Under the pieces are notes generated by a model that was not told the origin of the DNA, did no database searches, and worked only from the letters and a program-made list of their open reading frames with translations. Positions 53,770-64,000 of a DNA stretch of 64,000 bases are shown here, in pieces (within the stretch, counting starts at the first letter, position 1; each line of letters opens with the position of its first letter). The translations under genes and the position numbers were made by a program. Origin of the DNA: Eledone cirrhosa (lineage: Eukaryota); NCBI GenBank assembly GCA_964016885.1, contig OZ024743.1, positions 221,836,001 through 221,900,000 on the forward strand. Reading direction: 5' to 3'.

Positions 53770-54148
53770 TTTTGGGTTAGAGGAAAGTCGATTAAATCGA
53801 CCTCCGTGTGTTACTGCTACTTTATTTTATCGACCCCGTAAGGATAAAAGACAAAGTTAACCTCGGCGGGATTTGAACTCAGACCATAAAGGGCCGTAAC
53901 TCTATGCTGAAAAGCATGGTGTCCGACTCTCTACCGATACTGTCAATCCACAAATAATAATAATGATGATTTCTACTATAGGCACAAGGCCAGTGATTTG
54001 GTGGGAGGAGAAATCGATTAAATCTACCCCAGTACGTGTAAGGATGAAAGGCAAAGTTAACTTCGGCGGGATTTGAACTCAGGTCATAAAAGGCCGTAAC
54101 TCTATCCTGCAAAGCATGGTGTCCGACCCTCTACCATACTGCCAATCA
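53770..54148 (-). mobile_element. Two tandem Nin/Deu-type SINEs abutting the LINE 3' end
   Basis: Family motifs; (AAT)n linkers at 53952 and 54152. Confidence 0.88.
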
Positions 54149-54151
54149 ACA

Positions 54152-54186
<35 letters not shown>

Positions 54187-54433
54187 TTTCTTTATTAACC
54201 ACAAGGGTTTACATAAAGTAGACATTAAGGACAGTGCAGGACAATGCAGGACGGTACAAATGGGCATTTCTGCGTGTAAAAAACAAAAACAGAGGATGTA
54301 ACAAAAATAACAATGAAAAATTCCCCAATAGGGGGGAGACTTCGGAGGGACATTTGTGGAGAAAGCCCAGTAAAAAGCCACAATGACCCTGACCACCAAG
54401 GCAAGTGCCCTCTCCCAGTTTTCCACCTTTAAT

Positions 54434-57400
54434 TTACAGATATATACTCAGAGTAGGCCCATTCACTCGGGCCATTCTTGCTTCTCTCACCCATCTTTCA
54501 ACAAAATGCTGGGAAGAGAGCACTTCCCTTTCTACCCTGATTTTCCTATTCAAAGGAAATTTGAAAAAGTTAATCAGGACATCACCGAAGAGGTAAGTGC
54601 TCGTCCTCAGCCCTTTCAAACGTGTCGACCATACAATCTCTTTCGCCATGGCCACCAGACAGATAAAAACTGCCTGCCCTTCCCGGCTAAAGGAAGAGGG
54701 CGGGGCAATCCTCACGATGGACTCAGATGATAGCCGGATCCGTCCTACACGCGACAGCAGGTGTTTGACATAAACCCACAAGTCAGCAATTTTCGGACAC
54801 TGGACGAGTGCGTGCAGGACGGTTTCGTCGCCCTGCGCGCATCTCGGACATACCAGGCTGACGGCACCTCCATGCCTGTAGAGTTTATCCCGAACTGGCA
54901 AGACTCCTCGGTAGCACTGCCAGGCCAGAGATTTCTGGAAGTTGTCCATAGGTCCCGGCCCGAAAGTTCTTCCGAAGATATTGGCTAGTTGATTTTCGTC
55001 GACGCCTCGAGTTTCTCCAAGTACGTCGTTGCTCTTCCCCTCCACTAATCCTCTATAGAACGCCGAGGTGGAGTTTCCACCGATCACATTGCCAGATTGG
55101 TCGAGGGCTGTGAGCGCCTGAAGACATTCCAGTCTCCAAGCGCTCCCTCTCGGTCTTCGCTTGACCCAGGACTGCAGCTCCGTCAAGGAAACGAGCTGGG
55201 GAATACGTGTCTAGCAAACCGTGACCACACCTGATCACCGTCGAGGAAGAGGTGGAGATGTCGTAGCCTGAGCGCGTGTCTGCGCATCATCAGCCACGGC
55301 ATGCACAGCCCTCCACGTAGCGGGTGTTGACAACAAATGGACCACCTGACCATCGGAGCGCGTCCCGTCCACAAAAAGCGAAAGAGCAAACGCTCCAGCG
55401 CAGTCAGGTAGGGCTTAGGACAAGGTACGACGGTCAGGCGGTAGCAGATGACGGACGTGATGTACGCGTTAGCCACCTCCGCTCGACCTTTCAGGGATAG
55501 CTTCCTCTCCGCCCATTTCTGGGTGAGAGAAGCCAGCCTGCTCGTCACCTCGTCCCAGCTTTTGTCCGTCTGGAGGTCCGGACCGAACCAGACCCCTAGC
55601 AATTTAACCGGTCCGTCCGTCCAACGCCCGACGACGCTGTTGAACGGCATGGACCTGTCTCTCCAGGTGCCGAGCTGCAGGCCCACTGACTTTTCCTGGT
55701 AGATCATTGCTCCTGTCACCGCTTCGTATTCTCTTAGTGTAGTGCCGATCGCCTCGATGTGTTTGGCGTTCGACACCATTACGGTGACATCGTCCGCATA
55801 TGCTGACACGGATCTTCCGCATCCTAGTTCGCGCGGGACGCCCCTCAACGTCTCCAGTTTGTGCAGTAATGGCTCAAGAGTCAATACGTACAACAGGGAC
55901 GAGAGGGGACATCCTTGGCGGACCGAGCGCATGATGTTAAACGGTTCTGAAAGGTGACCGTTCACTCTCACCACAGAGCAGATGTCGCTGTGCATGGCAG
56001 CGATCCAGCCTCTGAAGACGGGCCCAAAGCCAGCCGCCTTCAGGACTTCCGCTAGGTAACGATAGTCGACCCTATCGAAAGCTTTCGACTGATCTAAATT
56101 GATCAAGGACCCACCCGTGCCAGGTTCCCTAGCCACCCTCTCTACGATGTATCGCATGAAGTAGAGGTTGTCGTGGATGGATCTGTCGGGAATGGCGCAT
56201 GTCTGCGCCTCTCCCACCAGACCAACAACGACAAGCGCCAACCTCTTTGCTATCACCTTGGCCAAAATCTTGAACTCTGTGTTTAGCAGAGTTATGGGCC
56301 TGAAATTGTTATCCCCCTTGTTCGGATCCTTTCTCAGCAGCGCCACCGGTTCTCGGCTCACAGAGCTGGGAATTCTCCCGTTCTGTTGCCAGTTGCAGCA
56401 GACGTCCGCCAAGAGGCCTCCGAACAAGTCTGGCATCTGTACGTAAAGTTCATAGGGCAGACCATCCTTGTGCAGCCAGTCATTGCCTCTCGTACTTCAG
56501 CGGCTGTTATCGGCTTTTCGCAACACTCCGCCTCAGTGGCCGAGAGCCGCGGCAGTCCGTCGAGGTAGACACTAAAGTCCATCCCTCGACCTGGCCCACC
56601 GCTACCCCCGAACAGCTGTGCGAAGTGTCGCTGAAAAGCTTCACATATTTTCCTGGGATCGAGTAGCATGCGCCCGTCGTGGTCCACCAAAGACCGGATC
56701 GTGGCTTTGTTGCCACGACGCGCCTCCGCCACTCGGGCCCATTGAACGGCTTTCGTCCCCTCGTGTCTGAGAGCACGCACCCTAGCTCTGACAACGCAGC
56801 CTTCGTGCTTTGCATTGAAGAATTGGTCAAGGGTCAATTTCGCCGCAAGTACGTCGGTCGCGATGCCTTTGCTAAGCGCCTCGTCTAATTTTCTAACTAA
56901 TTCTCCCTCTGCTCTATTTTTCTCTATTGCTAAAGCCTTACTAAACCTAATGGACTCTATTCTAATCGCTCTTTTCAGAGCAAACCACCACTTGTTGTTA
57001 ACGATGGCCCCCGTCAACGCCCGCTTAGCTAGTTCGCTAATCCGGTCTCTGTAGGCCTTGCGCGCTGGTAAGGACGCGTTTAGCTTCCAGTAGCCGGGTC
57101 CTCGTCTATGAAGCCTATCTGAGGCAAGCACACAGATCACGAATTTGTGGTCCGTGTAGCTGACTATCTTGAATTGTGGGCAGCCTATGCTATACCTATC
57201 TATTTCCCTACAAAATACTCTATCTAGATATGATCTGGATGACCCTATGCGGTTTGTCCAAGTCCACATTGGCACATTCGGGAAATCCAATCGGTACCTG
57301 TCAGACAGTTCAAAACGCCTGAGCAGGTTGGTGAGGCTCTTGCACCCTCCTCCCCTATCCGCTAATCCCACACAGTCCCAGCGTGCATCTAAGATCCCGT

Positions 57401-57827
57401 TCCAGTCGCCCACTAACACTAAAGAGCGGGACTTTCCAAGAAAGGTCTCCAGACGCCGGAAGAAATCAGGCCGCCCTGCTCCTGTCGGAGCATAGACGGC
57501 CACTAGCCTGAAAGCTTGCCCGTCTTCGCTGGTCACGTCCAGCACCACTAACTTACCTTCTGGGTCCAGGAATATGGCCCGTATGGCAAGATCCAAACCT
57601 CTCCGAAAAATCACAGCAACTCCTTCCCCCGATCCAGGACGACTGGGTGATGCGTACACATCGTAGCCGCCGAAGATCGGTGCGAAGGCCTGTGCTTCGG
57701 AGATTCTGGTCTCGCTGATGGCCACTACATCTATGTTTAGTGACCTGAGGTCGTTGAGCAGGTAGCCCTGCTTCCATGACGACCCCAAGCCACGCGCATT
57801 TATGCTGCCTATTCTGAGTGAGATCAT
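54434..57827 (-). pseudogene. LINE ORF2: APE endonuclease + reverse transcriptase + zf-RVT, two frameshifts (~56440 and ~55185)
   Basis: SINARGL, AISET, VYAP, VGDWN, YLDR and TDH (APE). FRPITLLN, DQSKAFDRV, VRQGCPLS and AYADD (RT). CPRC...ETVLHALVQC (C-terminal Zn finger). Confidence 0.95.
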
Positions 57828-57861
57828 GTTGAAATGGAGTAGAAAAAATGGGAAAGACCAC

Positions 57862-60029
57862 TTACCTTACTTCTCGTAGAGGAAGGATGGTTTCTCCATT
57901 CCTTTTCACTTGATCGTCTGGTGAAGGCACCGTTGAATCGTCCCTTCGGCTGGTCGTCGGCTCTTCTGTGAGTATATCCGAATATACTCTCCGGTTGAGT
58001 GTCCCTCCTAGGTCTCTGAAATCACCAACTGCGTTGGGGAATTTCGTTTTAATATTTGTGTATTGCTTCTGTGCTATTCTTACCAGTCTTATGTTCGTTG
58101 GGGTTTTGATTGGTGCTGATATTATATGGTCGTGCTGTGAAATGTCTGTGTGTTCAATTATGTAAGTCATTAGTTTCTTGTTGTGTGTATTTATTGCTGT
58201 GCATTTGTTGTTCTGGGGGGGGGGGGGGAGGGTTCTGCTATTTTCTTGTCGTTGTTGCAGGGTGTGTGTGTTTTGTTGTTGTGTTTGCAATGTTGGTGCT
58301 TGTGGTGGTGGTGTTGAAGGTGTTGTTGTTGTTTGCAGTTTGGGTTGCCGCCGGTGGTGATGGTGGTGCTAGTATGGGTGGTGATGGTGTTGGTGGTGTT
58401 GCTGCTGTAAGTCTCTTTGCCCTTTACCCTTTTTTCATTTCTTTCCCCCCTTTTGGAAGGCGACGATGCGCTTCTTCTACGTTTGTGCCTTCTTGCGACC
58501 TTTTGCCATCCCTCTCCCACCTCACACTCCATGTACGATTCTGTGAGGTCGGGGCGGGGTACCAGCTCCACTCTTTCACTTGTTGTTGTTGGTGATGTTT
58601 GCAGTGGAGTCTCTGTTGCAACTGCAGTTGGTATTGCTGTTGTTGTTGTTAATACTTCCACTGCTGCTGCTGTTCTTGATTTCCGTGGCGTGTGTATGGG
58701 TGCCACGGACCTATCCTTCCTGGTTGCCGCCTGTCATGTTGCTGGTAGCAGTGGAGCCGGTTTCGGAAGGAGGGGGGTTTTCTCCTTTCTCAGGGTCTTC
58801 TCATTGCAGAAGGCCCTGAGGTGAGTTTTCGATCCACAGCGAAAGCAATTCGGGCGTTTGCCCTCAACACTTATGGGCAGTTGTGTGCCGTTATCGAAGT
58901 CTATAACATCCGGGATAGCTTCGATGCACTGCTGGTTGGTTTGGATTAACATCTCAATGGAGGTGCCGACCCAATCTTCTCGTACTTTTTTCTGTACTTG
59001 CAGTACCGTTGTTTTGTCCTCGATTCCGACGAGGACAGACGCGGCTAGACAAGAAGGGGCCATCCCGGGGAAGGGGGCGTGGGTCAGTTTGACCCTCACA
59101 ATTTTTTGTCCGCAGTAGGAGGGTACCAACACCATTTCCTCGCTCCTCAGAGTCACTAAGGATTGAGCCTTTGCCTCCTGGGGTGTGGCAAAAAGCACGT
59201 CCACGGTGGCATATTTCTTGCCTCGGGTGATATGCGTTTTCCGCTGCCACACAGACCCTAAGGTATTTTGTATTTGAGCCTCTGTGGCTCTTTCAACCCT
59301 ACGTGATTTTGTGCTTACTTCACGGTACGTGCCCGTACAGTGCTGTTGGGTTTCGAAAAATGTTTCGGCTGCCTTGAAGATTGCTCGGTGTCCGGTTTTC
59401 GTCACCATCTTCTTTGCTTCCTGAAATTCCTCATTTGTTATAAGGATGATTTCCAGGTTCTTTGCGATACCTGCAAACGAAATTGTTTTTTCTTTCTTGT
59501 TGTTGTTGTTGTTGTCGTCAGAGCTGCTGTTACTTTTGTTGTTGCTGTTGGTACTACGACTGCCGCCGCCACTGTTGCTTCTGTTGTTGTTACTGTTGCT
59601 GCTGCTGCTGTTGTTGTTTATGCTGCTGCTGATGCTGTTGCGGTTGCTACTATTGTTTTCCTTGTCACTGTTGCTGCTGCTGCTGTTATTACGGCTGCTA
59701 CTGCTATTATTCATGACGTCAGACGAATGAAATGGCTTTCCGTATTTACCGCACACATTTTTCGTCGTTGTCGTCGTCGTGGAGAAATGTTCCACGGTTT
59801 GCACGTGCTCTTGGAAACTATCAGAAACTATATTTTTCTTTTTCTTTACTGGTGTCGCTTGCGAAAGAGAAGGGATGGAGAGAGACACATTTAGAGAAGG
59901 GAGGGAGAGAGACATCTTCTCTCTGATGTAGTGACGATTGAGGAAGAAGAAGATGGAATGAGTGGGAGTGACTTGTGAAAATTCTTTTTTGTAGCCATGT
60001 TTTTTTGGTTTAAAATGAATATTGGGCAC
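57862..60029 (-). pseudogene. LINE ORF1 (gag-like nucleic-acid-binding protein), frameshifted
   Basis: 58734-60029 has an N/S low-complexity tract, SFAGIAK and the CCHC knuckle CFRCGSKTHLRAFC. It continues in frames 58191-58706 (GWQKVARRHKRRRS) and 57862-58290. Confidence 0.8.
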
Positions 60030-60517
60030 AAAACCCCAATAAGCGGTTATTTAACCCCGAAGGGCCAAATAACGGGGAGAAAGACTCCTCTCACGCAGAG
60101 GAGGGTGTTTTTATCTACAATATGGTTAAAGTTTTAAACAATTTACAATTGTTATAGCGGTTAAAAATTACTATACCTTACGGAGCCGAGCCTCCGTCAA
60201 CCATGGCATTCAATAATAATAATAATAATAACGGTTTCAAATGTTGTGGGTGTCAGCTTTGCTTTCCATTCTTCCGGTGTCAATAGAATAATGTACCTGT
60301 CAAATATTCGGTATCAATTTAATCGAATTTCCGCTCCCCTAAGATTGCTGTCCTTTTGCATAATTTAAAAATCAATATTTAATTTATCAATTATCTGTTG
60401 GTTTATCAATTACAATATATGCTCAAAATATATAGATGTAATAAGACTAACAAAAATCTAATTTAATAAACAAATTTCATATTAGGTCAGGCTTTTGAAC
60501 ACAGTGTATATCTTATA

Positions 60518-60895
60518 CAGGGTGGTCCGAAAGTCTTGTCACCCCTGGTTACATATTGTTTTAACTTTCCTTATTTTTTGTTTTAATAATATAATATATA
60601 TAATATCATTAATTATAATACTGTATGTAATAATAATTGTTTCTACTTTTGGCACAAGGCCATTTTCTATTTCAGATGGCTGACACGAGCTCCTACGGTT
60701 TGGAAGAGAGGCTGCTTGCAAGTGTATGGACACATGATCGTGTGCATTCTGGCAAGAACATGGAGGATGTACGACATGATTTCACTGCAAGACTCGGCAA
60801 ACCAGCTCCTCCGAAGAGGACGATACTGCGATGGGAACATAAACTGTTTCTCATTACTTTTTGGTAGGGAGTGACAAGACTTTCGGACCACCCTG
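60518..60895 (+). mobile_element. Internally deleted Tc1/mariner transposon retaining the transposase N-terminal HTH
   Basis: TIRs CAGGGTGGTCCGAAAGTCTTGTCAC with TA on both sides. From ATG 60676, ...VRHDFTARLGKPAPPKRTILRWEHKLF resembles the DUF4817-type HTH. A short SINE 3' fragment is inserted at ~60630-60661. Confidence 0.88.
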
Positions 60896-61044
60896 TACGA
60901 TCATGAATAAGAGGGAAAAAAAAGAAATAAAATTTACAGCTCACACCTCTGCTGCATTAGCTGACCTTTCATGATGTTAGATTTCTCGAGAGATTTCTTC
61001 AATGTTTTAATGACATGATCCCTGGTCCTATCGTGAAAAAGCAT

Positions 61045-61155
61045 CGTGAAATGACTTGTCTTGCTCAAGAAGGCAATACGCTGCACAGTATAGGAATTGA
61101 ACTCATGGACCTTATGATTGTGAGTCCAACACCCTAACTACTGGACCAAGCGCCG
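61045..61155 (-). mobile_element. CORE-like tRNA SINE
   Basis: GTCTTGCTCAAGA, GGAATTGAACTC and CCCTAACTACTGGACCA (reverse complements of the CORE, B box and A box). Confidence 0.65.
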
Positions 61156-62069
61156 TCACTATTTCTTAATAAGACAGTATAGTGTTACTCTACAGAAATT
61201 CTAGTGTGGAGTCAGTAATTCAAACACTCTGAAATATATTTATCTATATTTGATCAATAAGGCAGTATTGTTAGTCTACTATGTAGCATCTGTAGCCAAT
61301 TTAGATTGGAAGGACATTTAAATTAGATAAAACTACAGACTACGATTAGAAAAACAGCAAGTGATGATTAAGAGAAAACGTGACAAAATATAATTCATTG
61401 AATTAACAATGAGAACAAACCGTTTCAGTGGAGGAAAAAAACTTTGATAAACTACTTAAGCAAAAATTCTCGAAACAACCATTGTTAGAAGACGGATTTG
61501 CACCTTAAATAAGACTGTTACTCATTTCAACTTTGGAATATGATACACACAGTTATTAGCTGCAAAATATTCTAGCAGAAAGAGACGAGTTATAATTTCC
61601 ATTGTGATTTATGGCAAACGTATAGATTTCAAGTATCTGAAAAGTGGTAACGAGTCAATTAGTTGAAGAAATGCTTCTGTTCTGGAATGCTTAGAGAACT
61701 AAAGAATTTTTAGGATTTTAACATAAGTTTTTTAGAACACCAAACATTCGATATTGTTAAGTTACTGATAAAGGAACGAATGAATATTTTATAATTAACG
61801 CTGACATATCAAGGGACCACATTATTTTTCAGAACGAATGCCACAAATATGTCAAAATTCCTGCGAAATCAAATTAGTGCTGTGCTGACAAGAATACTGC
61901 AGAAAATTAATGGGATACCAGTAATTATTCCAACATTCTTATTCTTCTCTTGTTCTTCTAGCTTCGGTTATCGGACTGCAGCCGCCCTGGGGCACAACCT
62001 TAAATGGATTTAGGTGATCATATTGACACCAGACACAAATGAATGTAAACCAATACACGGACTCACACA

Positions 62070-62163
<94 letters not shown>

Positions 62164-62226
62164 TCAGTCGATCGACTTTCGTCAAATCGGACCGAGGAAA
62201 CAATGCTTCCATGGGTATATTACTAT

Positions 62227-62833
62227 CTACGGCTTAATCAGGCTGTTCGTTTGTTTACAAACACACCGAGCATTATAATAAATGTTCGGTGAATCCATAC
62301 GTATATATATATATATATATATATATGTGCGTGTATGTATGTATATATATACATATTACTGTACGTCTGTATACATATATGTATGTACGTATACATACTT
62401 GTATTTAAGTAACAGCCGTACTAAGAGTGGGAAATGAAATTTCGTTTCATTTTTTCCGTTTATCGTTTTCGGTGCACCCGGCCGATTAACCCACACGATA
62501 TGCAAATTGGGCTACTCAGCCGTTAATATGCATAAGGAAAGTATATACTTTCGGACGTTCAACTATCTGGCTGGAAGGTATACGTTGCTGACGATAGCTA
62601 ACAAGCTTGAAACTAGTACAGCGTTCCTTTGTCAGTGTAGAACAAACGAGCAACGGTGGTTGCTAGACACTACGGCTTAATACGGGATGTTTGTTTACAA
62701 ACACACCGAGCATTATAATAAATGTTTGGTGAATCCATGCGTACATATATATATATATGTGTGCATGTATGTATATATATATATACATACTACTGTACGT
62801 CTGTATACATATATGTATGTACGTATACATACT

Positions 62834-62836
<3 letters not shown>
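62227..62836 (+). mobile_element. Retrozyme/pLTR-like unit: ~170-bp direct repeats ~440 bp apart enclosing a hammerhead
   Basis: CTACGGCTTAAT..TTGTTTACAAACACACCGAGCATTATAATAAATG..CATACTTGT at 62227-62402 and 62670-62836. Confidence 0.7.
62582..62624 (+). ncRNA. Complete minimal type I hammerhead ribozyme
   Basis: ACGTTG-CTGACGA-T-AGCT-AACA-AGCT-T-GAAA-CTAG-TA-CAGCGT, with a 6-bp stem I, palindromic ACTAGT stem III and a GTA site. Confidence 0.82.
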
Positions 62837-62876
<40 letters not shown>

Positions 62877-62894
62877 ATGTATGTATGTATGTAC

Positions 62895-63467
62895 GTACAA
62901 CCTGTCTCATGGTCGGGTCGTTGGCGACTAAACTGGCAACCCCACCAAGGTTTCTTGGTGAGGAGGGTGACTTTGGACATCCTGCAGGACTAAAAACAAA
63001 ACCTGTCAAAGGGCAAAGGAGCTCTTAAGAGTCAATGGCCATCCAAATCACCGGGAGAGATGACCCCTTACCCTTTGTCAAGGCAGAATTCTAGGAGAAG
63101 GAAAACTCTGATATAACACCTGCAACTCTGATGGTATCCAATGATGTTGACTTGTTCTTCTTTTTGATAAATATCACCTTGGTTAAGAGAGTGGGACTGG
63201 CTTTGTGCAGTGCCTTTGCTCACTATAAAAGCTTCACGGCACAGGCATTGCTTTGTATCTGGAGATCTCTCTGCACTTGTCGTCACATGGTACCATGGGC
63301 TTAGCACTATATGTCAATAATTGTCACAAGTGTAGTGTTTGTACCAGAGTCTTCAAGTCGCCAGCTGGACTAAAAAGTCACACTCGTTCAGCGCATCGGT
63401 AGGGGTTCTCCTACATGGATATAAAGTAGTGGTCGTACTCGAAAACGAGTTGGCAGCCACCACCATG
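62895..63467 (+). mobile_element. RTE-5'UTR-like repeat (copy 3, slightly 5'-truncated)
   Basis: Reverse complement of copies 1 and 2; (TATG)n on both sides. Confidence 0.8.
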
Positions 63468-63486
63468 TATGTATGTATGTATATAC

Positions 63487-63679
63487 CAGACCTGTCAACT
63501 CTCCCCGTCGGATGGGGAGATCTCCCACCTACTTTGGGGTGGGTGAGAGATGTCTTCTCTTGTCAAAATGTGTATAGCTTTCATTATGTAAAATCTCCCC
63601 ATTTTGCCTCATTTCTCTCCGTTTGGGGCCACTTTTTCCTGGTACTCCCCGTTTGGATTTTTAGAGGTTGGCAGGTCTG
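63487..63679. mobile_element. hAT-like MITE
   Basis: TIRs CAGACCTGTCAAC / GTTGGCAGGTCTG; the TSD cannot be resolved within the TA flanks. Confidence 0.7.
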
Positions 63680-63710
<31 letters not shown>

Positions 63711-63929
63711 GTACTGGAATTCTATAAGAATCCAACATTTATAATTTTCAACAGGCAAAGGGGAGTGCTAAGCTCTGAGGAATACCAACAGTATGAAACA
63801 GAGATCTGTCAGCTTATCTCCCTTTGTTTATTGAAAAAAGAAATAAGTGACATAGTCACTGCTTTAAAACAATAGCGTAAGGTCTTCAAAATGCTTTTAA
63901 TTAAGCATACAGTGTATTGCCAAATACAC

Positions 63930-63989
<60 letters not shown>

Positions 63990-64000
63990 TCCTGAATTAG

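Larger units (their letters stand above)
54183..60211 (-). mobile_element. Near full-length L1/Tx1-type non-LTR retrotransposon flanked by (ATT)n
   Basis: 5' UTR, gag-like ORF1, ORF2 with APE endonuclease, RT and Zn finger, then a 3' UTR with AATAAA. (AAT)n at 54152-54184 and 60212-60230. Confidence 0.93.

Noticed and set aside
59340-59894. Plus-strand Leu/Val/Ala-rich ORFs
   Set aside because: Antisense shadows of the trinucleotide-rich LINE ORF1

Overview
Repeat-dominated animal DNA with no confident host gene. The tRNA-derived SINE families and microsatellite load suggest a cephalopod such as Octopus (inference). Bases 1-21.3 kb are a complex (GA)n/(GT)n satellite with kb-scale higher-order duplications. 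The rest contains long (TA)n tracts, a 200-N gap, many SINEs, several MITEs, a Penelope-like GIY-YIG remnant and a near full-length, frameshifted L1/Tx1-type LINE (54.2-60.2 kb, minus strand). The main unexplained signal is about a dozen short, mutually divergent elements in or beside (TA)n microsatellites. They carry complete or partial type I hammerhead ribozyme motifs (CTGANGA...GAAA...NTH), arranged either as fold-back inverted repeats or as retrozyme-like units with direct terminal repeats. Several share a short 3' motif. All folds were paired by eye, and no database search or folding program was run.
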